From Octopus sinensis (taxonomy: Eukaryota): 57,757 nt of DNA. Shown one piece after another: positions 25,236 to 37,845 of this stretch (positions within the stretch are counted from its first letter, which is position 1; every line of letters begins with the position of its first letter). The notes beneath the pieces are model-generated. The model ran no database searches, was not told the origin of the DNA, and worked only from the letters and a program-made list of their open reading frames with translations. The stretch covers positions 1 to 57,757 of the forward strand of contig NW_021833597.1 of the NCBI RefSeq assembly GCF_006345805.1, written 5' to 3'. The translations under genes were made by a program, and so were the position numbers.

Positions 25236-25452
25236 GGAGGTCCTGAAAAGTTCCTGCTTTGAAGGGTGACGCGAAAGGCCTAGTCGGAGGCCCACATTTC
25301 TGAGTTCTATTAGAGGGCTTAGAATAACTGAAGGACTGCTGCAATAAGGGTGTGAACCTTAGCGGGGAATATGTTGAATAAGATCATAATTAACTGATCC
25401 TCCTGTATTTTCTTTTACCCAAAGCCAGGAACTTTTCAGCAGCCCCTTCGTA
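25236..25452 (+). mobile_element. Internally deleted mariner-type MITE
   Basis: Ends CTGAAAAGTTCCTG and CAGGAACTTTTCAG are inverted repeats with a terminal TA. Retains VNLSGEYVE* from the transposase C-terminus. Confidence 0.75.
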
Positions 25453-26539
25453 GTTCTGATAGTGTTGGTTGTGATTGCGATGGTGGTGGTGATGGTGGCG
25501 GCGGTGGCGGTGGCGGTGGCGGTGGGGGTAAAGTGGGAGTTACAGCGATGTGGAGGTGGGAGCCTGTGGTGATTGCGCAGTTATTAGTTGTCTTAGTGGT
25601 GCAATTGCGGTAGCGGTGACGGTTGCCGGTGTTGATGTTGGCAGTGCGACTGGTGTTGGAGATGGTGGTGGCGGAGATTTTGTCGTGGCTTCGACCGTAG
25701 TGGTGGTGCTGGTTCTGGTGGTTGCGGTGGTGGCAGCGGCGATGGAGGTGGAGTGGATGGCGGATGTGGCGGCGGCGGCGGTGGTGATATTAGTGGTTTT
25801 GATTGCGGTGGTAATAACGGTGGTAGCGTTACTGTTGCTGTCGATGTAGTTGTTGTTGTTGTTGTTGTTGTTGTTGTTGATGATGATGGTGGTGGTGGTG
25901 GTGTTGATGGTGGCGGTGGTTGGTGGTCTTTTATAGCTGAAGCATAAGATATAATTAATAGCAGTGTGATAGTTTATTCCGAGTGAAATTAATTCTCTTT
26001 CTGATTAGTGATGTGCTATTTCCAAATTAGAATTACAATTAAACTTTGCATTTAATTATAATTACTTCTACAGCAACAGAAGAAAGATTTTCGTCTCACT
26101 TGGCGTCGGTGACCTTATTCTTCCCTTCACCGATGTTAAATGGTTATGCATGTGTGCAAGAATCTCTCACTAGTTTTTCTTCACTTGTCTTCACTTTCGT
26201 CTTCTTCACACGTTTATAGTTTTACTCTTGTGTTTTTGTGACTTTCTCATTCTTCGCGTTTAACTCTTTGATAATCTTCTATCATTTGATTATTGACAAG
26301 AATTACTCATAGCGAAACATAAAATTCGAAATAATACCAAACAACAGACTCTTTGGACTCATCTAATCTTAGATGTCAGCCACAGTTACTATTATTACAT
26401 CATTCTTCTTCTTCTTCTTCTTTTCTTCTTCTTCTTCTTCTTCTTCTTCTTCTCTTCTTCTTCTTCTTCTCTTCTTCTTCTTCTTCTTCTCTTCTTCTTC
26501 TTCTACTACTACTACTAGTTGTTATTATTATTATTATTA

Positions 26540-26745
26540 TTACGTGCAGGTGGAACGTAAAAAGCACCCACTACACTCACGGAGTGGTTGGCGTTAGGAA
26601 GGGCATCCAGCTGTAGAAACATTGCCAGATAAGACTGGAGCCTGGTGCAGCCTTCTGGCTTCCCAGATCCCCGGTCGAACAGTCCAACCCATGCTAGCAT
26701 GGAGAACGGACGTTAAACGATGATGATGATGATGATGATGATTAT
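26540..26745 (+). mobile_element. SINE/LINE-derived 3' module ending in (GAT)n
   Basis: GGCGTTAGGAAGGGCATCCAGCTGTAGAAAC...GGACGTTAAACGATGATG, recalled as a typical SINE 3' module. Only one copy in this window. Confidence 0.6.
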
Positions 26746-26759
26746 CCTCATCATCATTC

Positions 26760-26794
<35 letters not shown>

Positions 26795-26798
26795 ATTT

Positions 26799-27252
26799 AG
26801 GCAGTGAGCTGGCAGAAACGTTAGCACTCCGGGCGGTATGCGTAGCCGTATTTCGCCTGCCGTTACGTTCTGAGTTCAAATGCCGCCGAGGTCGACTTTG
26901 CCTTTCATCATTTCGGGGTCGATAAATTAAGTACCAGTTACGCATTGGGGTTGATATAATCGACTTAATCCGTTTGTCTGTCCTTGTTTGTCCCCTCTGT
27001 GTTTAGCCCCTTGTGGGTAGTAAAGAAATAGGTATTTCGTCAAATTCTCCCGCGATCGACTTTGCCTTTGTTCCTTTCAGGGTCTTTAAATTAAGTACCA
27101 GTTGCCTACTGTGATCGATCTAATCGACTGGCCCCTCCCAAAACATGTTCAGGCCTTGTGCCTACGGTAGAAAAGATTATTATTACTCTTAAATCAGCGA
27201 ACTGGCAGAATATTTAGCACGCTGGCCGAAATGCTTAGTGGTATTTCGTCTG
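26799..27252 (+). mobile_element. Family B SINE (dimeric) plus an extra head
   Basis: Matches 5757-6174; a second head sits at 27195-27252. Confidence 0.85.
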
Positions 27253-27487
27253 CCTCTCAACACATGGCTATGGTGCTCCCCTCCCATACTTCTGCCCGTG
27301 ATCAGAGATGCACATATCGTCAGCCACTAAGGGACATGGTCAACTGGTTAAGTTAAAAAAACTGACAAGCAAATCTGTGGTACTGAGCAGAATATTTGCT
27401 GTAGCCCATCTTTTATACCAAGACAAAACAATGTACATGATAACACTTCCGATCAGTTAAGATGAGAAGCCATGAGAGCCACTGCTG

Positions 27488-27795
27488 TGGAGGCGCAATG
27501 GCCCAGTGATTAGGGCAGCGGACTGGCGGTAGGAGGATCGCGGTTTCGATTCCCAGACCAGGCGTTGTGTGTGTTTATTGAGCGAAAACACATAAAAACT
27601 CCACAAGTCTCTGGCAGGGGGGGTGGCCACTCCTGTTGTACTTTTTCGCCCCAACTTTCTCTCACTCTCTCTTCCTGTTTCTTGAGTAACTCTGCGATGG
27701 ACTAGCGTCCCGTCAAGCTGTGGGGAAAAAATGCCATAGAAACCGGAAAACCGGGCCCATGAGCCTGGCTAGGCTTGAAAAAGGGCGATGTTTAT
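27488..27795 (+). mobile_element. SINE with family A head and a different 3' module
   Basis: The first ~190 bp match family A; the rest diverges after CTTCCTGTTT. Confidence 0.75.
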
Positions 27796-27825
27796 CGTTT
27801 ATTATTACTATTATTATTGGTGAGT

Positions 27826-28162
27826 GAAGGCGCATGGCTCAGTGGTTAGAGCGTCGAGCTTACGATCGTGAGGTTGTGAGCTCGAATCCCGGACCGGGCT
27901 GCGTGTTGTGTTCTTGAGCAAGGCACTTTATTTCACGTTGCTCCAGTTCACTCAGCTGTAGAAATGAGTTGCGACGTCACTGGTGTCAAGCTGTATCGAC
28001 CTTTGTCTTTCCCTTGGATAACACTGGTGTCGTGGAGAGGGGAGGCCGGTATGCATGGGCGACTGCTGGTCTTCCATAAACAACCTTGCCCAGACTTGTG
28101 TCTAGGAGGGTAACTTTCTAGGTGCAATCCCATGGTCATTCATGACCGAAGGGGGTCTTTAC
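27826..28162 (+). mobile_element. tRNA-derived SINE, family D
   Basis: TGGCTCAGTGG, B box GCTCGAATCCC, central CTTGAGCAAGGCACTT..CACTCAGCTGTAGAAATGAGT. 12-bp TSD TATTATTGGTGA at 27812-27823 and 28163-28174. Confidence 0.88.
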
Positions 28163-28661
28163 TATTATTGGTGAAAAGTATTTGAAGAACATTGTCGAGA
28201 ATAGCTTGTAGTAGAAAAGTGCTCGCAAGCAGACTTTGCCTGTAAGTTTACAATTTACTTTGTGGTATTTTTTCTCCATAATCTTATTGTTAATGTTACT
28301 AAGAACTGTATGAATCCCACAACCTCCAACATTATTTCGTCAATAAATGAATGGAATGTACTTGCAGCAATAGATCAATATTATATTTAGCTCCATTTAT
28401 TTCATACTGCCTGAAAATTAATTACAAGTTTTCACTATAGCAATATCTGCTTCAAACAATTGCATACATTCCGATACAAACTTGTTTTGAAGAGAATTGT
28501 AATTGATTAACTGCGTGCGTAATCCTCAACTACTCGGCAGGAATATCGGTTCGTGTCCCACATAAGATAGACTGTTGTTGCGTATCTCTATCGCTAATAT
28601 GGTTTGTTTCTCTTCTACACAGTAGTGTTCTGCCACTCACTTGACACAGTGTGTTTATCTA

Positions 28662-28960
28662 CTTGGTTGTGTAATTAAGAAGCTCGCTTTGCAACCGCGG
28701 CGTTCTGGGTTCAGTCCCACTGCGCGGCACCTTGGAGATCTATTTACTAAAGCACCGGGCAGACCAATGCATTGTGACGGAATTTCGCAGATCTGCGCGC
28801 GCGCGTCTGTGTGTGTGTTTCTCTTCACTGTTTGACTGCTGGGGTTCGACAAATGAAACCTACAGAATACGTACCAGATTTTAAAATAAGTACCTGCGGC
28901 GAGAAACTCGACTAAACCATTACGAATGGTAACCGCAGTTCAGTGACTAAAACAATTAGA
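28662..28960 (+). mobile_element. Family C SINE, degenerate
   Basis: GGGTTCAGTCCCACTGCGCGGCACCTTGG head and a decayed tail. Confidence 0.7.
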
Positions 28961-28994
28961 AAACAAATATCAAAGGATCATTGCTCTCAACCGT

Positions 28995-29225
28995 TACAAA
29001 AAGGGAACGAAAGTAATTCGGTCACAAAGTAAGAGTATAAGCTATACAAAGTTCATTACAAGAAGGAAAGCTAAATGGCAAACGCCAGAGAAGACTTAGG
29101 ACAACCTGGTTTGATAATATCAAGGTCTCGATTAAACTATCATATGGTGAACGTCCAAAAATGGCAGAGAAGACTCGAATGGAGATCATTGATACTCAGT
29201 CAGCTGAGAGTAGACGACAACTAGT
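28995..29225 (+). mobile_element. RTE-like LINE 3' fragment
   Basis: SLQEGKLNGKRQRRLRTTWFDNIK..LSYGE...MAE. Confidence 0.7.
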
Positions 29226-29418
29226 GAAAATTATCTTGCGTATTGAAATAGTTTTCTTCTTAGTGATCCAGTCAATTGTTGTCTCCCGTTCCGTCAGCAT
29301 TTTATCAAACTTCTCTGTTCGCACCTGCTGAGAAATATTTTTAACAGAAATTGGAATATAATCTCATTGTTTGTTTTGCTTTACTACGGGATGACAATAA
29401 AGTCTGGACAGTGGTTGT

Positions 29419-29620
29419 GGCTGTGTAGAATGGGTTCCTTGCTCATCAGATTTTAGTTCCCTTGACTTCATTTTCTAGGGTGTACCGGAGAAGGTGCACG
29501 TAATAAAAATCACAGATATGAATCATCTGACGGAATGCATCATAAATGAATATGCCCAAATTGACGGAAATCTGGAGTTACTACACTTGGTTCAAAGCGC
29601 ATCAAACGTTGCATCGCCAT
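29419..29620 (+). mobile_element. Tc1/mariner-superfamily transposase C-terminal remnant
   Basis: GCVEWVPCSSDFSSLDFIF*GVPEKVH..ITDMNHL resembles WPPRSPDLxPLDFFLWG. Confidence 0.65.
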
Positions 29621-30394
29621 GTTGAAAATTTTATTCGTTAATGTCGTTGAATAAAATTTTGCCATCTCTCAAGCGGTCGGGTGTTCGCAGCGGAAGATGG
29701 GCAGAAATAGTCCGAAACCTATTCGCTCTCGCAATCACGTAGTCTGCTGGAGGATAGTAGGGATTCACTCCCTTGCTTGCAATATATAAATGGTGCAGCC
29801 CGCACCGACATCCAGCTGGCGGAAGATCTCTCTGGGGTTAAAACAGTAGTAACATCGAAACAGTCATGTTGATGTGGCGATTAACTTTACTTGTCAGTAT
29901 AGTTACTACTCTCATCTCTCATTGAGATTCTCTAACTGGCTACTGTGATTATTGAAAATATTCATATTCGCCTAAGTATCCAGACTTTATGAACAACGTG
30001 TAGTACTACTTCTTCAGTCGCTCCTCACGATTGTTCAGGTGTTTTGCACAATTTTGTCGATAATGTTTCCTTCACTGTCCATTCCCCACCGCCGCAAAAC
30101 TGTTCTGCTTCTCATGATGATGGCGCTGTATTGACTTCAATTATAATTTCCTACAGTTCCATAATTAGAATTACAAAGTTGTAGGTTGACGACAAGAGCT
30201 GAGAGAAAGTACATGTCGTTTGGTGTGTCAGAGTAATCCAAGCTGATGTCTGAGACACATCCTAAAGCACCTTAAACCTTGTTGCTTTCCACGCCACGCC
30301 AGCGGCCATTTTCAGGATTTTTTTTATCATTATTTTATTTCTTTATATTGTTATTTCTATTATCTTTATTGTCCTGTGCCGTAACAAGTTTCAT

Positions 30395-30985
30395 TCAGTC
30401 TTTTAAATGCAGTCATGCTGGAGCACGTGTTTCGCTGAACAAATCGATACAAGCACTTATCCTGTCGGTCTCTTTTGCCGAAGTTCTAAATTTATGGGAA
30501 CACAAAGAAACCAATACCGGTTGTAAAGTGATGAGAGACAAATACGCATACATACGCGCGCACACACATACACACTCACGACACGTTTATTATCAAATTC
30601 ACACAGTTGCTTATTTTTTTACTGCCCTCAAGGGGCTAAACACAGAGAGGACAAACAAGGACAGAAAAACGTATTAAGTCGATTATATCGACCCCAGTGC
30701 GTAACTGGTACTTATTTAATCGACCCCGAAAGGATGAAAAGCAAAGTCGACCTCGGCGAAATTTGAACTCAGAACGTAGCGGCAGACGAAATACTGCTAA
30801 GCATTTCGCCCGGCGTACTAACGATTCTGCCAGCTCGCCGCCTTAAATTCACACAGTTTCTGCCTACCAAATTCTCTAAAAAAGTATTGGCCGGTCCCTT
30901 GACTATACTTATCCTCTGTGTCATGCAATAGGACTGAACCTGAAACCACTTAGTTACAAAACAAATTTCTTAACCACACATCTAT
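30395..30985 (-). mobile_element. Family C SINE, degenerate, interrupted by a family B copy
   Basis: Tail half at 30395-30594 and head half at 30859-30985. Confidence 0.7.
30609..30844 (-). mobile_element. Family B SINE nested inside a family C SINE
   Basis: 14-bp TSD AAATTCACACAGTT at 30595-30608 and 30845-30858. Confidence 0.9.
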
Positions 30986-31399
30986 ACTTAGACTCTAATT
31001 ATTCTTTAACGTTTCCATGTCATTATTGTTCTTGTTGATCTCAGTATTTCACTCCACTTATATTCCAATCTCTGGTGTTGTATATTTATTTACTTATATA
31101 CCATTGTTATTACCATTAATCTCACTTTTTTAACTCTGCGTCAATAGCTATCTACTGGGGGTGGTTTTCTATATTATTTGGTATTTATTAGAACTTTACT
31201 CTCATTGTTGGTGCCACCCTTTCATTTCCTGTGAACCTCATACTGCTGCTTGTCTGTTTTCTATTCCGCCTTACGCTCTTTGCAACATCTTACAACCTTG
31301 TGGCCAAATAAGAAATAATTACGTTCTCATCGATGCTGCTAACAAATACACACCCTGCATGATAGTGTTGATCAAGCTGGATTCACAGCGTTCATTGTT

Positions 31400-31660
31400 G
31401 ACATTGTCTGCCATAGTAGAACTTCTTGGGTTGCCAGTCGTTACTGATTATATATCTGTCTTTGTCAACACCCGCTATTACATTTGGCTTCCTTTTATCC
31501 ATAATGGAAGCAGACAATGTAAAAAGTTTAATTTGAAAACCGCTGAAAGTAACGTTATTTCCAGTAAATTGAAAATTGTGACTGTACCGAATTATTTTAT
31601 TCCCACGGATTGGAAAACATCTATACTTGCATAATGTTTTCCACTGCACATCGTTCGAAT
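31400..31660 (-). mobile_element. Highly decayed R4/Dong-like RLE fragment
   Basis: QWKTLCKY...NNVTFSGFQI...RKPNVIAGVDKDRYII loosely matches HWxLCKKY / WDFxIQT / RPDIVxVDK. Confidence 0.45.
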
Positions 31661-31664
31661 AATA

Positions 31665-31668
31665 AATA

Positions 31669-31718
<50 letters not shown>

Positions 31719-31861
31719 CTGATGATGATGATAATAATAATATAATGACTATGATAGATAGATAATAATAATAATAATAATATAATAATATAATAATAAT
31801 AATAAATAATAATGAATAATAATAATAATATATGATGAATAATAATAATAATATAATAATC

Positions 31862-31893
<32 letters not shown>

Positions 31894-32085
31894 TAATAAT
31901 AATATAATATAATAATGATATGAATAATAATAATAATAATAGTAATAATAATAATAATTAATAATATAATAATAAAATAATAAAATATAATAATAATAAT
32001 AAAATAATAAGATAATCTAATAATAATAATAACAGCAAAATAACAGCATCACCATCATCATCACCATCCTCAGCATTATTATTAG

Positions 32086-32126
<41 letters not shown>

Positions 32127-32170
32127 GCATTATTATTATTATTATTATTATATTATTATTATTATTATTG
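31665..32170. repeat. Degenerate (AAT)n/(ATT)n array
   Basis: Directly visible; orientation flips near 32040-32080. Confidence 0.97.
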
Positions 32171-32960
32171 AGAGACCCCAAGAGACAACTAGTTAGAAAT
32201 TCATGTTGGTATTATGCCTAGGGTGCCATATATTTGGTTTTGTACATAGTGTTGTTCTAGAGAATGTTTAAGAAACCATAAGAAAATTGTGTTTGTTTTA
32301 AAATTTGAGATTACAAAGAAAGTATTTTGCGTAGGATATGGGCAGTTCCCATAAACACTATCATATGAATTTCTGCTATTTTGGTATTTCCTGGTATCTG
32401 AGCTAGGTAGCAATCACCCCCTTTCGCTATCATTACTAGGCACCTATGACAACAGGTATTGTTTTAGTCTTAAGGTTCCACATTTTGCTAATTTCTATTT
32501 CAAGATCTTTATATTTGCCCAGTTTTTGGTAGATCTTGACAGATACTTTTATATCGAGTGGGACAGTCATATCAATGAGGAGGCATGATTTTTGTCGGAA
32601 GCCTTTCAATATGATGTCTGGCCTATTTGCAGCTATCGCTCTGTCAGTTTGATTCCAGAGGAGTGAGATGGGATCATTTTCTGGCACTGAAGGTGGTTTG
32701 TGTTCCCACCAGTTTTTTTCATGGGGCAAATCCAGGTTTTTGCAGATTACCCAGTGAATATATTGTGCAGCTCTATCATGCCTGTTGAGAGACTCTGTAG
32801 GCGCAAGAAGATTGCACATGGAGACAACATGCTCAGTGGTTTCATTTTATTATTTACATACACGACATATTGGGGAGCTCCCTATCTTTGGTTGTTCACA
32901 GGGGTGGGGTATCCAGTCTTTTGAGAGACCATTGCTTCGTTTTCCCTATCTTTATCAGCC
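32165..32960 (-). mobile_element. R4/Dong-like LINE 3' fragment with (TAA)n tail
   Basis: CRVC..ETTEHVVSMC knuckle, LNRHDRAAQYIHW, ANRPDII..LIDMTVP, KYKDL, IPVVIGA, MGTAHILRKILSL*. The 3' end merges into the (AAT)n array. Confidence 0.92.
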
Positions 32961-33000
32961 TAACCACAGTAGTGCCACGATATATATATGTATGTATATA

Positions 33001-33045
<45 letters not shown>

Positions 33046-33196
33046 ATATATGTATGTATGCATACATGCATGTATGTATGTATGTATGTATGTATGTATG
33101 TATGTATGTATGTATATATGTATGTATGCATGCATGTATGTATGTATGCATACATGCATGTATGTATGCATGTATGTATGTATGTATGTATGTATG

Positions 33197-33227
<31 letters not shown>

Positions 33228-33780
33228 TTCTCGTGACTGAATAATGAAGCCGTTTAAAAGAAGACGCACGTCTTTCTGGCTCACTCGTATTTTTCATTGA
33301 AAATCCATTGTTTTCTTTGGACGCTACTAAACAATTTCACACGCATGCGCTCAGTGCTAAACCACACCACGTGAAGGATAAAGCGGTTAATATTTATCGT
33401 GGGATTTTCAAAGGCTTTTAAAATCAATAACGTTTTATTTGTGTTATTTATTTTATCTTATTATTATTATTATTTTCAGCGATAATGGCGATACTTCTAT
33501 TTCTGTCTAAAGTTTATGAGCCATCTTGTCGCATGATTTATAGTTAATACTGAGATTAATCTCCCACGAGTCCTTACAATTACTGAAAAAACGGTAAACG
33601 AAATTTTCATTTCTATGGAAAGATGAAGATTCTTAAGTAATTTACAGCCACTAGTGACGTAAAAACACTTTAAGGTACCGTTGAGCATACTGGCCGTTTC
33701 TTAGTCACATGTTTTCTACGTAGAAATTTTCTTATTTTCCACATAAATATAGTCTACATATTTTTCTCGTTTTTTCTCTT

Positions 33781-34153
33781 TTACTTGCTTCAGTCATTTG
33801 ACTGCGGCCATGCTGAAGCACCGTCTTTAGTCGAGCAAATCGACCCCGAGACTTATTCTTTGTAAGCCTAGAACTTATTCTATCGGGCTCTTTTGCCGAA
33901 CCGCTAAGTGACGGGGACGTAAACACACCAGCATCGGTTGTCAAGCAATGCTAGGGAGACAAACACACAAACACACAAATACATATATACGACAGGCTTC
34001 TTTCAGTTTCCGTCTACCAAATCCACTCACAAGGCATTGGTCGGCCCGGGGCTATAGCAGAAGACACTTGCCCAAGATGCCACGCAGTGGGACTGAACCC
34101 GGAACCATGTGGTTGCTAAGCAAGCTACTTACCACACAGCCACTCCTGCGCCT
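33781..34153 (-). mobile_element. Family C SINE
   Basis: Full-length match. Confidence 0.9.
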
Positions 34154-34221
34154 ATATATTTTCTTATATATATTTTCTACATATTTGTATATTTATAATT
34201 TCTGTATATAAATGTTTGTGA

Positions 34222-34520
34222 TGGTGCGTGACTTAGTGGTTAGAGTAATTGGCCCACGATCGTGAGTTCGACTATCGGCGGCACGTTGTCATTGAACAAC
34301 ACATTTTATTTTGCGTTGCTCCATCTTACTCAGCTAGCAAAAAATGAGCTGCACCTGTATGTAATTCAAAGGTTCGGCCTTGTCACATTGAGTGTCACGC
34401 TGAACTACGTTAAGTGTACACGTGTCTGTGGGGTGCTTTGCCCCTTGCACATTATTTTCACGAGCAGATTGTTCGGTTAATCGGATCAACTGAGAATCTT
34501 GTCGTAACTGACAACGTGTC
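34222..34520 (+). mobile_element. Degenerate SINE: D-like head with A-like 3' half
   Basis: Head and CACTCAGCT domain resemble 27826; the 3' half matches family A (CCTTGTCAC...CACGAGCAG...GTCGTAAC). Confidence 0.7.
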
Positions 34521-34661
34521 ATATACTTGTTCATGTATGTATGTATATATATATATATATATGTGTGTGTGTATTCGACGGGCTTATTTCAACTTCCGTC
34601 TACGAAATCCACTCACAGGACTGAAAATGCAAGCTTCTTACCACACATCCACTCCTGCGCC

Positions 34662-34698
<37 letters not shown>

Positions 34699-34774
34699 GG
34701 GGGGTGTATATAGATATAGATATAGATATAGATATAGATGCATATATATATATATTATATATATATATATGTAT

Positions 34775-34820
<46 letters not shown>

Positions 34821-36079
34821 ATATATATGCAAGAATTAGCTACTCAGAAAGATTCAAGAGGTTAAGACTTTACTCTTAACCTTTAGGCGTCATTGCATAG
34901 AAGCCTGAAAATGCCGAACCTGCTGTGAAAATACAGGACCAGACTTTACAATAGCTTGGGATGCAAAGGTCCAAAGCTCTTCAATATCTTTCCGAAGGAT
35001 TAGAGAGAAATACATGGTGTGTCTGTCGAGAGTCTCAGATGAGGGTTTTTTTTTTAACAATAATGAGGGGAAATGTGATTTAGATTAAATATATCGATTA
35101 AAGTCATAGATTTTATCTTAATTTATGTGGGCAAGTCTGACAGATAAAGCGCACATACTTCCCTGTTCTGTTATGTAGTTCACTTCTGAACTAAGAAGAC
35201 AGTGGTTAAATATTGAGCGGCAAATTCGACACGCAACGAAGTCTCATCTACCAAAACTTTGATTCGATCAAAGCTTTGTGAGTGGAATTTGGTGGAGAGA
35301 AACTGTGTAAAATCTGATTCTAGGGTTCGAACCTGTTCGTGGGAAGTGGACTTAATCTGTCTCTCTCAGATGTTTTAAAGAGAATCCACCCTGCTTTAAC
35401 AATTCGGGGTTCCGGTCTAAGTATGACATTTCCATTTCTTTAAGTCTCGAAGCTTCTGAAAAATGCCATGGCCGCTATCTTTGCTCTATTGAATAAACTA
35501 TTGAAGAATAGAAAACTGAAATATTTATTAATATTGTATAAATACTATAAATAATTGATGACAGCCATTACTGATATCGTAGAAAGTCTTGGATTAATAA
35601 GAAAGCAATTATTTCAAATGAGAAACACCTTGTAAATTTCTTAACATCTGTCAACTTGTATCGGTTTACTTGTAAGCTGTCAGTTCATATTATGTAAATA
35701 CTTTCACAAAGTTCTAATTCGTTGAGGAGACTTAGTAATAAATCTCAAGACTGCATTAATAAGACCTATTCTAAGATAAATAGTATAATTATATTTTATA
35801 ATTACAAGATACCGGGTTATTTTATAGGTAGAAAACAGAATAGATTGAAAATGAGTTATTTAACCGTATTAATTTGAAAGCAGCGACCAGTAATTGAAAT
35901 ATCAAAATTATGGCTTTCGACGTTCGGCTTACAAAACTATTTATCTCTATTGTCTGACCATTGTCTCGAATATTATTATGGCGATCTATTACATCCATTT
36001 TTTTTCTGTCCCAATAATTTATGTTTATTTAGTGTAAATGGAGCGAGATTGATTCAAAATCCTTGATATTGCTTTCAAA

Positions 36080-36245
36080 TTTTAGCACAAGGCCAGCAAT
36101 TTCGGGGGAGGAATAAGTCGATTACATCGACCTCAGTACTCATCTTGTACTTCTTTTATCGATCCCGAAAGGATGAAAAGCAAAGATGATACCGGTGAAA
36201 TTTAAGTATTTTGTCAGGCGTGCGAACGATACTGCCAACTCACTG
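36080..36245 (-). mobile_element. Family B SINE, degenerate
   Basis: GATCCCGAAAGGATGAAAAGCAAAG core in reverse. Confidence 0.65.
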
Positions 36246-36423
36246 CTTTGTTATCTTCCTTAATATCGCAACGTAATTCGGCAATTTCATTTTAAGGGTA
36301 TTATTCATGAGGATTATGTCTGCCTCATCCCGTTCCCAAGAAGATTAAGAGTAGAAATGTGATAAAATATTTTCAATTCAGATAGAAAATCGTGTTCTGT
36401 GTGCAAAAATATCAGGTCATCCC

Positions 36424-36600
36424 ATATATTTGTTCTAAAATTTAGGGAGAAGGGAGGGACGAACCATAAAATATTGCGGGACCTATTCTTTCGACCAGAT
36501 AGTTGGAAAGTTGGTTCATCAAAGATTTCATAAGTGATTTCATAACCTGTTCTCATGTAAAGTGTTATTATAATACAGCTAAGCCTTTTCAAATATTTGT
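36424..36600 (-). mobile_element. Penelope-like (Naiad-type) ORF fragment
   Basis: GRKNRSRNILWFVPPFSLNFRTNI in track ORF 36314..36592 resembles the RxRxxIxWFNPPxSxNVxTN motif downstream of Naiad-type RTs. Confidence 0.6.
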
Positions 36601-36603
36601 CTA

Positions 36604-37845
36604 TCAGGTCATCCTATAAGTTCTGTCCAAATTTTGCATAAAGAAAACAAGTGATCAAATATTATATTTAATTGAAATTTAATCATCAATGTACTTACCC
36701 TGATTATCTATGACTTCCTTCCATCTATTTACAAGCTTTGTAATCCCATCAGTGTAAAATTCTTTTGATTTCAAAGCGAAGAACTCTGAAATGTCAGTTA
36801 AGACCTCCTCCTGGCTTGCGAAAGTTATGTCCCCCAAATGATTCTGTAAACTACAAAACAAATAGTAGTCTGAATGAGCAAGGTCGGGAGAATAAGATGG
36901 ATGAGGATGTTTTTCCCAACCAAGATCTTCGATTTTCTGTGATGTGATCTTTGCATTGTGGGGTCGCGCATTGTCGATTCACTAACGCAGGTGATTTTTT
37001 TCTTCAAAGCTTGGTTCAAATGTTCTAATTGCTAACAGTAGACTCGAGCAATGAACCTTGCATTAGGTGGTAGCAATTTAAAGTGAATTACTTCTTTGCA
37101 ATCCCACCAGATATAGAGAAGAACCTTTTTCCCATAAAGTTCCTTTGTCGGTCGTGGTTGAGCTTTTGCACTTTTACCAAGCCACTGTTTACGACGTTTA
37201 ACATTTCGATAGTCACCAGTTTTAGTCACCAGTCACAAGTCTAGCCAAAAAGGGTGAAATGTGTTTGCGAGAATGGAGAGAAAAGCAGATGTCAACTCGG
37301 GATTTGCGGTTACTTTCGGACAGTTCATGAGGCACCCATTTTCCAAGTTTAGGAACATTTCCAAGTTGTTGAAGATGTTGCATCGTTTGAACAAAGCTTT
37401 ATTGCCAGTTCTTCAGCTGATAATGCAGGATTGTCTTCAATTAATGCCTCAAGTAGCTTATCCTCAAATTCAACTGGCCGTCCTGTTCGATCTTCATTTT
37501 CAAGGCTGAAATCACTTCTGAATTTTGCAAACCATCTTCTGCAAGTTCTTTCATTCAAGCATTCTTTCCCAGAAACTGAGTGTATGTTTCGAGTCGCTTT
37601 TACTGCAGAGTTTCCTTTTTTGTACTCATAAAGCATTATGTGCCTCAAATGCTCTTTGGATACTTCCATGATAGAAAGGGTTTTAATCAAAGAAATTTTA
37701 ATTCAATTATTCTCTAAAATGATATTTAATTAGTTTAAATGCATAAAAATATGTTTTTCCTTCCATTAGACATTCTAAAATACTATTAAATTTCATTCAA
37801 TTTTTAAAATGGGTAAAATCGGACAGAACTTATGGGATGACCTGA
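36604..37845 (-). mobile_element. Full-span decayed mariner (DD34D) transposon
   Basis: 25-bp TIRs (24/25 match) at 36604-36628 and 37821-37845, TA on both flanks, 1242 bp long. Fragments: MEVSKEHLRHIMLYEY..RRWFAKFRS, TGD, KKVLLYIWWD, DNARPH-(34 aa between the Asps)-YSPDLAHSDY, YIDD*. Multiple frameshifts. Confidence 0.93.

Noticed and set aside
33232-33712. Possible non-autonomous DNA transposon with weak terminal inverted similarity
   Set aside because: The terminal match is too poor and no TSD was identified.
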